Below, in pieces: positions 10,179-19,108 of a stretch of 64,000 nucleotides of DNA. The translations under genes and the position numbers were made by a program. Under the pieces are notes generated by a model, which worked only from the letters and a program-made list of their open reading frames with translations, made no database searches and was not told where the DNA came from. The DNA comes from an uncultured Candidatus Saccharibacteria bacterium (GTDB lineage Bacteria; Patescibacteriota; Minisyncoccia; Phycocordibacterales; UBA5272). Each line of letters begins with the position of its first letter. Position 1 is the first letter of the stretch. The stretch is taken from the NCBI GenBank assembly GCA_964544935.1, contig CAZJDZ010000003.1:24568-88567 (forward strand), written 5' to 3'.

Positions 10179-10961
10179 ATGGAATCATCGTATAAAAAGA
10201 ATGCATGGATCGCAGCAACTGTTGCACTCGTGTGTATTTCTTTTGCAGCATTTACATTTGGCATGAGTAGTCTTGACGCAATTAAACATCCAAACGGGCA
10301 GGTTGCCACTATTTCTGTTTCTGGAGAAGGTGAGGTTATTACTATTCCAGATATTGCAACGGTAACATTTACAGTGCGTGAATCAGCTAAGACTGTTCCT
10401 GAAGCGCAGAAGCTTGCAGAGGCAAAAGTTGCAGCTGGGCTAAAAGGTCTTGAGGCACTTGATGTTGAGAAAAAAGATACAAAAACTATTTCGTATAATG
10501 TTGGACCTAAGTACGAATCACAGCAAACAGGATATTGTAATGGATATATTTGTCCTCCAATGAAGACAATAGTTACTGGGTATGAGGTTACTGAAACTAT
10601 TTCAGTAAAGGTTCGTAAAGTTGATCAAGCAGGGAATGTAATTGGTATTTTAGGAAAAGCTAATATTACCGAAATTAATGGCCCAGAGTTCACAGTTGAT
10701 GATATGGATAAGGCAAAAGAAGATGCTAAGAAGGAAGCTATTAAGAAAGCTCAAGCAAAAGCAAAGGTAGAAGCAGATGCTCTCGGAGTTTCTCTCGGTG
10801 CTATTATTTCCTTTAGTGAGGACGGGGGTTACTACCCAGCACCAATGATGTACAAAGCAGATACAATGCTTGCTTCTGGTGAAGCAACGGAAGCTGTTTC
10901 ACTTCCACAAGGTGAAAATACTATTAAGTCACGAGTAACAATTACCTACACAATTAAGTAG
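10179..10961 (+). CDS. SIMPL domain (DUF541) protein
   Basis: TISVSGEGEV-x3-PDIA...A-x-x-KA-x-AKA...LGV-x-LG-x-I...VTITY. Confidence 0.9.
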   Translation: MESSYKKNAWIAATVALVCISFAAFTFGMSSLDAIKHPNGQVATISVSGEGEVITIPDIATVTFTVRESAKTVPEAQKLAEAKVAAGLKGLEALDVEKKDTKTISYNVGPKYESQQTGYCNGYICPPMKTIVTGYEVTETISVKVRKVDQAGNVIGILGKANITEINGPEFTVDDMDKAKEDAKKEAIKKAQAKAKVEADALGVSLGAIISFSEDGGYYPAPMMYKADTMLASGEATEAVSLPQGENTIKSRVTITYTIK

Positions 10962-10980
10962 TTGTATCTAGATTTAAATC

Positions 10981-11012
10981 CTAAAAACACCCTCGACTGA
11001 GGGTGTTTTTAG
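10981..11012 (+). terminator. intrinsic terminator
   Basis: CTAAAAACACCCTC-gact-GAGGGTGTTTTTAG perfect 14-bp hairpin. Confidence 0.8.
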
Positions 11013-11135
11013 ATGGAACAGTGGTCCTTGCACTTTTGTATAAGATATGGTACTATTTTATGTATGAATGCCCTCGGGGGCGTTTTTTAGAATAAGCGTA
11101 CCGTTTTCAAAAAACACGTAACCAACAATATTACT

Positions 11136-11318
11136 ATGAAAATCTTACAATACCTCAAAGAAACAAAGAACGAACTCAAAGAAGTTGTTTTTCCTACTTC
11201 AGCTCAAACAATTACCTACACCATGATCGTTATTTTTATCTCTGTACTGGTAGCACTTGGTCTTGGTGGTGTTGATCTAGGACTTCGTGAGCTTTTGGCA
11301 AAAGTTATTGCTCGCTAG
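11136..11318 (+). CDS. secE: preprotein translocase subunit SecE
   Basis: ELKEVVFPT motif plus TM helix, directly upstream of nusG. Confidence 0.95.
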   Translation: MKILQYLKETKNELKEVVFPTSAQTITYTMIVIFISVLVALGLGGVDLGLRELLAKVIAR

Positions 11319-11360
11319 TTTTTATTATAGGTAACCTTTTAACTATTTCGTAATTTATTT

Positions 11361-11906
11361 ATGGCTAAACAAGAATTTACAGGAGAGCGTCACTGGTACG
11401 CAATTCATACATATAGTGGATATGAGAATGCGGTGCTTCGTAATCTCAAGCAGCGTATCGAGTCACTTGGAATGGAAGATAAGATTTTTGCCGTCGTCGT
11501 TCCTCTCGAAAAGAAGATCAAGGTAAAAGGCACTAAGCGTGTAGAGGTTGAAGAAAAGATTTATCCAGGATATGTTCTCGTTGACATGATTGTTGATGAT
11601 AATAGTTGGTACGTTGTACGTAACACACCTCGAGTAACTGGATTCGTTGGAGCAGGGACAACCCCTGTGCCACTTTCTCAGAAAGAAATTGATTTCCTCT
11701 TCAGTCGTATGAACACAGGAGAGGTTGAGCATGAAATTGCGGTTACAGAAGGAGAGCTTGTTGGAATCATCGACGGCCCATTTAAGGACTTTGAAGGTAA
11801 GGTTTCTGAGGTTGATAAAGCCCGCGGGAAATTAAAGGTGCTTGTTAATATGTTTGGACGAGAGACTCCGGTTGAGCTGGACTTCCTTCAAATCAAAAAA
11901 ATCTAA
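11361..11906 (+). CDS. nusG: transcription termination/antitermination factor NusG
   Basis: WYAIHTYSGYE, YPGYVLV, KOW domain, MFGRETPVEL. Confidence 0.98.
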   Translation: MAKQEFTGERHWYAIHTYSGYENAVLRNLKQRIESLGMEDKIFAVVVPLEKKIKVKGTKRVEVEEKIYPGYVLVDMIVDDNSWYVVRNTPRVTGFVGAGTTPVPLSQKEIDFLFSRMNTGEVEHEIAVTEGELVGIIDGPFKDFEGKVSEVDKARGKLKVLVNMFGRETPVELDFLQIKKI

Positions 11907-12051
11907 AGTAAAAAGCGTAAAATCACCCCACCTTCTTTGTTGTAACTTCATTTTTATCAGTCGTCGTAGGTCTACTACGCCTTCTTTCAAAAAATCGTTA
12001 CGCCTCGAATCCGTAACGATTTTACGCTTTTTATGAACCGTGATAAAAAGG

Positions 12052-12081
12052 GTTGAAAATCTTAAAAAACCGTGATATAAT
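12052..12081 (+). promoter_or_regulatory. sigma70-type promoter of rplK
   Basis: TTGAAA-17 nt-TATAAT, ~12 nt upstream of the ATG. Confidence 0.65.
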
Positions 12082-12093
12082 ACCAAAACTTAT

Positions 12094-12507
12094 ATGGCAG
12101 CTAAAAAAATTACAAAATACGTAAAAGTTCAAATCGAAGCAGGTAAAGCTACTCCTGCTCCACCACTTGGTCCTGCCCTCGGTCAGGCCGGTGTTCAGAT
12201 TGGTGATTTCGTTAACAAGTTTAACGCAGCAACACAAGGAAAGCAGGGAAGAATGTCTGTAAAGATTTATGTGTATGAAGATCGTACATACGATTTCGTT
12301 ATCAAATCTCCTACAGCTACATCACTCGTGATGAAAGCAGCAAATGTTGCAAAAGGAAACAGTAAAGGAAAGGCTGGAACAATTTCAAAGGACAAGATTC
12401 GTGAAATTGCAGAGCTCAAGCTTGCTGACCTTACTGCACACACTGTAGAACAAGGAATGAAGATTATTGAAGGTACTGCACGTTCTGCTGGAATCGCAGT
12501 TGTCTAG
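12094..12507 (+). CDS. rplK: 50S ribosomal protein L11
   Basis: AGKATPAPPLGPALGQ, FN-x-x-T, GTARS-x-G. Confidence 0.98.
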   Translation: MAAKKITKYVKVQIEAGKATPAPPLGPALGQAGVQIGDFVNKFNAATQGKQGRMSVKIYVYEDRTYDFVIKSPTATSLVMKAANVAKGNSKGKAGTISKDKIREIAELKLADLTAHTVEQGMKIIEGTARSAGIAVV

Positions 12508-12640
12508 TTTAATCATAAAATAAGCATCTGCTTCGTTAGTTGAAATTTTACTTCCGCAATGTACTACTTGTATATTTTGGTCGCAAAAATTCCAACAGCC
12601 TTGCACCCATCTTATTTTCTGAATAAACAAAAATGCAATA

Positions 12641-12677
12641 AAAACAAAAAACCGCACAAGTTGCGGTTTTTTGTTTT
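12641..12677 (+). terminator. intrinsic terminator
   Basis: AAAACAAAAAACCGCA-caagt-TGCGGTTTTTTGTTTT. Confidence 0.75.
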
Positions 12678-12745
12678 CTTATGTAGGATTATGCCAGCCC
12701 CAGAAATGGGATTCAGTTCATCAATAGTATAAAAGAGGTACTCTC

Positions 12746-13885
12746 ATGTCTCAGCACAATTGTGGAGCCTTTAGCAAGGACGACATGATTTCACTCATTT
12801 CGGCAGGTAGGATTGAAACCCTTCCAGGCTTTGATGAAAAACACATCGGTCCTGCATCGATTGATATTACCATCGCAAATGGCGAAGCTTACCGAGTGGA
12901 GCGCCTGATGCGCCCTAGTGGTAAACGTCGCGAACGGATTCGTGACATGTTGCCAGCCCTCGGGGCGCGACCCATTGAAATTGGTTCGATCCTTGTTCCG
13001 GGAGAAAAATACATTGCACCGGCAACGATTGGCGCAAACTTTTCGCCAGGTATGTATGGCTACAGCAATGCAAAGTCGACCAGTGGCCGCAACATGTGTC
13101 TGGTGAGGACTCTCGCTGATCAGGTTGAAGGGTACGATACTCTCGATAGGAGATGGGAAGGTTGGAGTGGCGAGCTTTGGCTCACTATCGAACCGCTTGT
13201 TTTTCCGATTGTCCTGACCGACAAGGAGTGCTACTCGCAAGTGCGGATGTTTGATGGAGATACCCGTTTCAGTGACAATGATTTGAAGGATGAGCTTGCG
13301 AAACAAGATTTTCTCTATCGCCAAGATGGCAGCAGATACAAGCAAGGTGAGCTCAGTCTTGCATCAGGTGACGGGACGGTCTTTACGACGTTGTACGCAA
13401 AAGCTGGGAAGCTTGTTGGTTTCCGGGCAAAGAGAACACGTAAGCCTCTTGACCTTGAAATGCGAAAACTTGATCCGAGAGAGTACTTTGAACCCGTGTA
13501 CGCTGAGGTTGACCCAAGTGATCCTGAGGGAGGACTCATCACTCTTGAGCCAGGGTGGTACTACCTCTTGTCCACCAATGAGATGCTTCATGTTCCTGAG
13601 CATCTGTGTGCAGAGCTTGTTATGCTTCATCCGCGTTTCGGGCTGTTCTTTTCTCACTTCGCTGGTTTCTTTGATCCTGGGTTTAGGGGGGTTCCGACCC
13701 TTGAAGTGACTTGCCTCATTCCGACAACAATGAGACACCGTGAAGCAGTTGGTTGTTTCCGGTACGAGAGGATGCGTTCGAAGACTGTTTCTTACGCACA
13801 ATCCGGAAATTACAGTGGTCAAGTTCGTACTACGTTGCCAAAGCAGTTTTTGATGCCGGAAGAGTGGCGTCTTGCAATGGCATGA
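12746..13885 (+). CDS. dcd: 2'-deoxycytidine 5'-triphosphate deaminase (long, two-domain form)
   Basis: PASID, AKSTSGR, HFAGFFDPGF, LEV and Y-x-GQ-x4-PK motifs; next to dut. Confidence 0.85.
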   Translation: MSQHNCGAFSKDDMISLISAGRIETLPGFDEKHIGPASIDITIANGEAYRVERLMRPSGKRRERIRDMLPALGARPIEIGSILVPGEKYIAPATIGANFSPGMYGYSNAKSTSGRNMCLVRTLADQVEGYDTLDRRWEGWSGELWLTIEPLVFPIVLTDKECYSQVRMFDGDTRFSDNDLKDELAKQDFLYRQDGSRYKQGELSLASGDGTVFTTLYAKAGKLVGFRAKRTRKPLDLEMRKLDPREYFEPVYAEVDPSDPEGGLITLEPGWYYLLSTNEMLHVPEHLCAELVMLHPRFGLFFSHFAGFFDPGFRGVPTLEVTCLIPTTMRHREAVGCFRYERMRSKTVSYAQSGNYSGQVRTTLPKQFLMPEEWRLAMA

Positions 13886-13944
13886 GCATTTTGCTCAAAG
13901 CGGTCCCTCGGGACCGTTTTTCTTTTTTGATATACTTATACACA

Positions 13945-14364
13945 ATGAAACTTAAAATTAAAAAACTAAGAGATGACGCACGTGTCCCTACACGAGCACA
14001 CAAGGAAGATGCTGGAATTGATCTCTATGCTTGTGGCGATCACGTTGTGTTACCTCATCAGACAGTAAAGATTCCTCTTGGTGTTGCAATGGAAATAGAG
14101 GAAGGGTATGTAGGACTTATGTGGGACAAGTCGAGTATTGGGTCACAGAGTTTGAAGACGCTCGGTGGTGTAATAGATGCTGGGTATCGAGGCGAAGTAC
14201 TAGCCATGGTTCATAATCTTGGTGATGAGAGCTATACATTTCTCCATGGTCATAAAGTGGCGCAAATGGTAATACAAAAAGTTGAACTTTGGGAAGTAGA
14301 AGAAGTAGAGGAACTCACTGATTCTCTTCGAGGAGAAAAAGGGTTTGGAAGTACAGGGAAGTAA
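13945..14364 (+). CDS. dut: dUTP diphosphatase
   Basis: AGIDL, KSS, GVIDAGYRGE, AQ and RGEKGFGSTG motifs; real start ATG 13945. Confidence 0.95.
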   Translation: MKLKIKKLRDDARVPTRAHKEDAGIDLYACGDHVVLPHQTVKIPLGVAMEIEEGYVGLMWDKSSIGSQSLKTLGGVIDAGYRGEVLAMVHNLGDESYTFLHGHKVAQMVIQKVELWEVEEVEELTDSLRGEKGFGSTGK

Positions 14365-14366
14365 AT

Positions 14367-14391
14367 AGTGCGCAGCCGTAGGCTGCGCACT
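14367..14391. terminator. bidirectional terminator-like hairpin between convergent dut and folA
   Basis: AGTGCGCAGCC-gta-GGCTGCGCACT. Confidence 0.6.
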
Positions 14392-14406
14392 TACATGCTT
14401 TTGTTC

Positions 14407-15003
14407 TTATTCCATGTGACGGAAGTAGTCAAGAAAATCAACTCGGACTTCACCATCCCACTCACTCAGAACAGCTTGCTGTGAGATGATAACAAATCCA
14501 GAAGCGACCACCATCTCGTGAAGAGGCTTCTCAAGGCAGTGAAGCCCAGTATCATCAGACTCCTTATGGACGACACTGAGGTATGCATGGGATGCGTGCT
14601 GCAGGCCAGCCTCCCAAGATACTTTTCCTCCAGCGAAAAAGACATTATGTATTTCAGGCATTCTGGCTGCATGTATGAGCCCTGCTTCTGCAGAAGGAAT
14701 CAACATGAAGTCACTTTCTTTTACATGTACCCCATTCACACTTCTGGAAATACCCATCACTACACGGTTAGGGAGTGTTCTTTTACCTGCATCTGTAAGT
14801 GCTTCAGCTGTCGCTCTGTCGACAATCACAAGGTTCTTCTTGCCTACAGGAGCTTCGCTTGTGATTGATTTGAATCGACGCATATCCTCTTTGAGCGAAC
14901 CTCTTGGCCAAGGCATACCAGACCCAAGACCGAAAGCATGATGGACAGCAGTGTGTGCACCAATCAGTGCAATTCTTGAGCTATGAACATAAGGTATCAT
15001 CAC
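14407..15003 (-). CDS. folA: dihydrofolate reductase (divergent)
   Basis: G-x3-GMPW...EDMRRFK, LPNR, FFAGG; downstream of thyA. Confidence 0.8.
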   Translation of the reverse strand: MMIPYVHSSRIALIGAHTAVHHAFGLGSGMPWPRGSLKEDMRRFKSITSEAPVGKKNLVIVDRATAEALTDAGKRTLPNRVVMGISRSVNGVHVKESDFMLIPSAEAGLIHAARMPEIHNVFFAGGKVSWEAGLQHASHAYLSVVHKESDDTGLHCLEKPLHEMVVASGFVIISQQAVLSEWDGEVRVDFLDYFRHME

Positions 15004-15127
15004 AATTCTCCAATCTTGAGTGAGGTTGGTCTGTACATAACTTTACATGATTTTCACAAAAAAGAAAGCTTTTTAATTTTAAAAATAAAAAACCTGCCGA
15101 AGCAGGTTTTGATATCAGACTCCAGTC

Positions 15128-15988
15128 TCAGATAGCAACTGGAGCTTTGATGGCTGGGTGGTGTTGGTAGTCCAGCACTTCGAAGTCTTCATAATTGTAA
15201 CCGGAGATCGAATCGGTCTTGCTCTTGATGTGAAGCACCGGGTAAGGCAGGGGTTCACGGGAGAGTTGAGTCTCTGCCTGTTCGAAGTGGTTGTTGTAGA
15301 GATGGCAGTCGCCGCCAGTCCAGATGAAGTCGCCTACATCTAGGTCACACTGCTGTGCCAGCATATGAGTCAGTAAGGCGTAGCTAGCGATATTGAAGGG
15401 CACGCCGAGGAAGATATCTGCACTGCGTTGATAGAGCTGGCAGCTGAGCTTGCCACGGCCACCCCGTTCAGTAGCTGGTGCCACGTAGAACTGGAAGAAT
15501 GCATGGCAAGGCATCAGTGCCATCTTGTCGAGATCAGCCACGTTCCAAGCGCTGACGATGATGCGACGGCTATCTGGGTTGACCTTTAGTTGCTGTACCA
15601 CCTGACTGATCTGGTCAACGTGACCACCGTCAGGTGTAGGCCAGTTGCGCCATTGCACACCATAGACCGGACCCAGCTCGCCATCTTCGCGTGCCCATTC
15701 ATTCCAGATCGTGCAGCCGTGTTCTTGCAGCCATTTCACATTACTGTCGCCACGCAAGAACCATAACAGTTCCACGATGATGGCTTTAAGGAAGACCTTC
15801 TTTGTGGTCACTAACGGAAAGCCCTCGTTCAGGTCGAAGCGCATTTGATAACCGAATACGCTGCGCGTACCAGTGCCTGTACGGTCTCCTTTAGCCACGC
15901 CATGTTCGTACACATGACGCATGAAATCTTCATACTGAGAGCGGACAGGACGAGATGTAATAACATTCTCTTGTTTGCTCATGATCAT
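15128..15988 (-). CDS. thyA: thymidylate synthase ThyA (start probably 15982)
   Basis: [39 protein letters not shown]. Confidence 0.98.
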   Translation of the reverse strand: MIMSKQENVITSRPVRSQYEDFMRHVYEHGVAKGDRTGTGTRSVFGYQMRFDLNEGFPLVTTKKVFLKAIIVELLWFLRGDSNVKWLQEHGCTIWNEWAREDGELGPVYGVQWRNWPTPDGGHVDQISQVVQQLKVNPDSRRIIVSAWNVADLDKMALMPCHAFFQFYVAPATERGGRGKLSCQLYQRSADIFLGVPFNIASYALLTHMLAQQCDLDVGDFIWTGGDCHLYNNHFEQAETQLSREPLPYPVLHIKSKTDSISGYNYEDFEVLDYQHHPAIKAPVAI

Positions 15989-16122
15989 TTCTCCATGGTA
16001 ATGTTCAGAATCTTACAAGATATTAGTCTCAGTAAGGCTAACTTTATAATAGTAAAAAGCATAAATCAGCACAATCTTGTCATTTGCTATAAAAATGTTC
16101 AAAAATAATGTAGTATAGAGGG

Positions 16123-17823
16123 ATGAATTCGTACGAAGCGATACAAGAAGTGCTTAAGGCAGCAACAGGAGGAGATATCACTTTCTCTCTTGATCAGCCA
16201 GAAGAAATATCTCATGGAGATTACGCCACCAATGTGGCATTTCCATATTCAAAAAAACAGGGAATGTCTCCAAAAGAATGTGCAGAAAAAATGCTTCCAG
16301 AACTGAAAGATAGCCTTTACCCTATCATACAAGATATCCAAGTTGCAGGACCAGGGTTCATTAATTTCTTTTTAAGAGATGACATTCGTACTGATGAAGC
16401 AGAAGAAATTGCTCTACATGGAGTGTTACGACCTCTCTTAGATGAACAAGCACTCGTTGAGTATACCGACCCAAATTGTTTCAAAGTTTTTCATATTGGT
16501 CATTTGATGTCGAATACTATTGGAGAATCTATTTCTCATATTTATGAAATGAAAGGATATAAGGTGACTCGTGTTTGTTACCCGTCAGATATCGGAAGAA
16601 ACGTGGCGATGGGTGTCTGGGGTGTCATGCAAAAAGAAAATGAGATGCCAGAAGCTAGTGCATCACTTAAAGATAAAGTTGCATTCTTGGGTATGTGTTA
16701 TGCATATGCGAATGAGCAGTTTGAAACAAATGAAGAAGCAAAGAAGGGTATCATTGACGTTAATAAAGCAATCTACGCAGCATCAGATGAAAAAGTGATG
16801 GAAGTGTATAGAGAAGGACGGGAACTTTCACTTGCGTATTTTGATAGTCTCTACAAAAAACTTGGCACAACGTTTGATGCTTTTATTTATGAATCCGAAG
16901 TATCAGAACCAGGGCTTGCAATTGTTCAAGAGTATTTGAAGAAAGGAATCTTTGAAGAATCAGAAGGAGCAATTGTATACAAAGGGGAACAAGACGGGCT
17001 CCATACTCGTGTGTTTGTAAACAAAGAAGGCCTTCCAACATACGAAGCAAAAGATCTTGGTAACTATGAGAAGAAGCTTGTACTTCTTCCACATGCAGCA
17101 CACTATGTGGTTATCACTGCCAAAGAACAAGACGAGTACTTCAAAGTAATCAACAAAGTTTCAGAAAAAATTCACACTGATCTTGCTTCCAAACTTACTC
17201 ATATCGGCCACGGCATGATGAGACTTCCATCAGGTAAGATGTCATCTCGTACAGGGAATGTGATCGGAGGAGAGGACATGCTTGATATGATTTCTGAAAA
17301 GATTCGCGAGAAAGTAACAGAGATGCGAGTACCTGATGGAGAGAAAGAACAGTTGGTAAATGATATTGCAGTTGGTGCTATTAAGTTTTCTATTCTTAAG
17401 ATTGCCCCAGGTAAAGATATCGCATTTGATTTTGATAAATCAATTTCTTTTGAAGGGGACTCAGGACCATACCTTCAGTACACTCATGCAAGACTCTCCG
17501 CGCTTCTCGACAAAGCAACTGAGGCTGGTATCTCATTTGAACACGGATATGTAGTTACTTCTCCTGAGAAAGAATTAGAGAAGGTTATTATGGGGTATCA
17601 AGAAGTGCTTACAAAAACATATGTTGATCTAGGACCTCATCATATTGTCCAACATCTTCTTATGCTCACAAAAGCATTCAATAACATGTATGCGCGAGTA
17701 CAGATAATTAACAGCGAAGACAAAGATACAAGTGCTTACTATCTTATACTTGTAGCAGCTACCAAAAATATTCTTGCCCACGGGCTGCACATCTTAGGAA
17801 TAGCTGCTCCAAAGCGGATGTAA
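16123..17823 (+). CDS. argS: arginine--tRNA ligase
   Basis: HGDYATN, AGPGFIN, HIGH, KMSSR, GPYLQY. Confidence 0.97.
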   Translation: MNSYEAIQEVLKAATGGDITFSLDQPEEISHGDYATNVAFPYSKKQGMSPKECAEKMLPELKDSLYPIIQDIQVAGPGFINFFLRDDIRTDEAEEIALHGVLRPLLDEQALVEYTDPNCFKVFHIGHLMSNTIGESISHIYEMKGYKVTRVCYPSDIGRNVAMGVWGVMQKENEMPEASASLKDKVAFLGMCYAYANEQFETNEEAKKGIIDVNKAIYAASDEKVMEVYREGRELSLAYFDSLYKKLGTTFDAFIYESEVSEPGLAIVQEYLKKGIFEESEGAIVYKGEQDGLHTRVFVNKEGLPTYEAKDLGNYEKKLVLLPHAAHYVVITAKEQDEYFKVINKVSEKIHTDLASKLTHIGHGMMRLPSGKMSSRTGNVIGGEDMLDMISEKIREKVTEMRVPDGEKEQLVNDIAVGAIKFSILKIAPGKDIAFDFDKSISFEGDSGPYLQYTHARLSALLDKATEAGISFEHGYVVTSPEKELEKVIMGYQEVLTKTYVDLGPHHIVQHLLMLTKAFNNMYARVQIINSEDKDTSAYYLILVAATKNILAHGLHILGIAAPKRM

Positions 17824-17933
17824 CTGGCTATATAAAGTGGACAAAATAATTTTTTGGTATAGGATTGTGGCTAGGACTTGCGTGTGTAGTACATATGTGA
17901 GATGTTCGTAGAACTTTCGAGGAGCTGAAGATC

Positions 17934-18281
17934 ATGTCCCAAGAGTTGACTGTTGCTTTGAAGACTTTGGGTGGTCTTGCGGCTGCTATCGTCGTAATCT
18001 GGTTTCTTTTTTCCAGTACACAAGCGAAGAAGGTGCAGTTCCGTATCTTGGTCAAAGAGAAGATAAGACTGTGTCTCATGCAAAAACCAAGACTTCTTGC
18101 TGCAGAAGTCAATCAGTGTCTTTCCAGTAATCACGGTCTTCAAGACCTATCAGATGGCTTTGTTGTCAGCTGTTTGAAGGAAATGGTCAAGGAAGGAGAT
18201 GTACTTGAAGCAGAAGAGATCGTCCTCAGAGGAGATGGGGTGAGTAACCCACTCAAGTACAGACTCATCAGGAAAAACTGA
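17934..18281 (+). CDS. hypothetical TM-anchored, possibly winged-helix protein
   Basis: GAGGAG SD; N-terminal TM; L-x-x-M-x-x-EG-x-V...KY-x-L pattern. Confidence 0.55.
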   Translation: MSQELTVALKTLGGLAAAIVVIWFLFSSTQAKKVQFRILVKEKIRLCLMQKPRLLAAEVNQCLSSNHGLQDLSDGFVVSCLKEMVKEGDVLEAEEIVLRGDGVSNPLKYRLIRKN

Positions 18282-18433
18282 TTTCTGTTCATGTCTTGAA
18301 AAACGCAAGGTTCTGCCTTGCGTTTTTTGCTTGTAAAATAAGGAAAAAAGAATCTATTTACAATAGTAATATTATATTGTATTATAGATAAGGACCTTGA
18401 AGTTTTGCTTTTCAAACTATGGAGGATATTAAC

Positions 18434-18790
18434 ATGGGTTCCGAATTCTACACCAACATCTTGATTTCTATCACGGCGCTCTCACTTCTCTTTGGTATGC
18501 GTCGTCAGTCACCGATACCGAATACAAACATTTCAGAAGAGAATGTGCTGAAGTGTTTCGGTGCAGGGGATGAGCTGACAAAAGAAGAAGTTGTTGCTAT
18601 CTTGATGTTCTATCAAGATCTCAAGAGGCCAATTTCTGGTGCGAAGGTTCTAGAGCACCTTCATCAGCTTACGTACAGAGGTATTCTTGTAAGGGAAGGA
18701 AAACAAGAGCGGCTAGATGTGGGGATACCCCAGACTCTTTCTGGGCGTGTTTTCGAGAAAGAAAAATACAGTCTTCCTAAGAAGACGTAA
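18434..18790 (+). CDS. hypothetical TM-anchored, possibly winged-helix protein
   Basis: GGAGG SD 8 nt before ATG 18434; N-terminal TM; L-x-x-L-x-x-RG-x-L...KY-x-L pattern. Confidence 0.55.
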   Translation: MGSEFYTNILISITALSLLFGMRRQSPIPNTNISEENVLKCFGAGDELTKEEVVAILMFYQDLKRPISGAKVLEHLHQLTYRGILVREGKQERLDVGIPQTLSGRVFEKEKYSLPKKT

Positions 18791-18880
18791 AATCACATAC
18801 AAGAACTGCATGATGGCGACTCCGGTCGCCATTTGTCTTGCCTTATTCCCCATTTCTGGTACTATACGAAGTACATATAA

Positions 18881-19092
18881 GCATTGATGGAATTAATCAC
18901 TCCGGAGCTTGAGGAAGAACCCCGGCGCCAGTTTTGAATAAGAATATTTTTAGACAAAACTGAAGCTGGGAAGTAGAACCTACACAAACGAGGGAGTAGT
19001 AATACTCTAAACACAAGGTGGTACCACGACAACAAATCGTCCTTGGAAAAAATTCAGCGTATGAATTTTTTCCAAGGATGATTTTTATTTTT
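18881..19092 (+). promoter_or_regulatory. T-box riboswitch leader of ileS (ultrashort Stem I, AUC specifier, antiterminator plus intrinsic terminator)
   Basis: GGA-atta-ATC-ac-TCC-GGAGC; GGAAGAAC...AGTAGAACC Stem II; T-box AAGGTGGTACCACG (19015-19028) pairing with TCGTCCTTG; hairpin 19037-19081 followed by a U-tract. Confidence 0.9.
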
Positions 19093-19108
19093 ATTACATT
19101 ATTCAATT

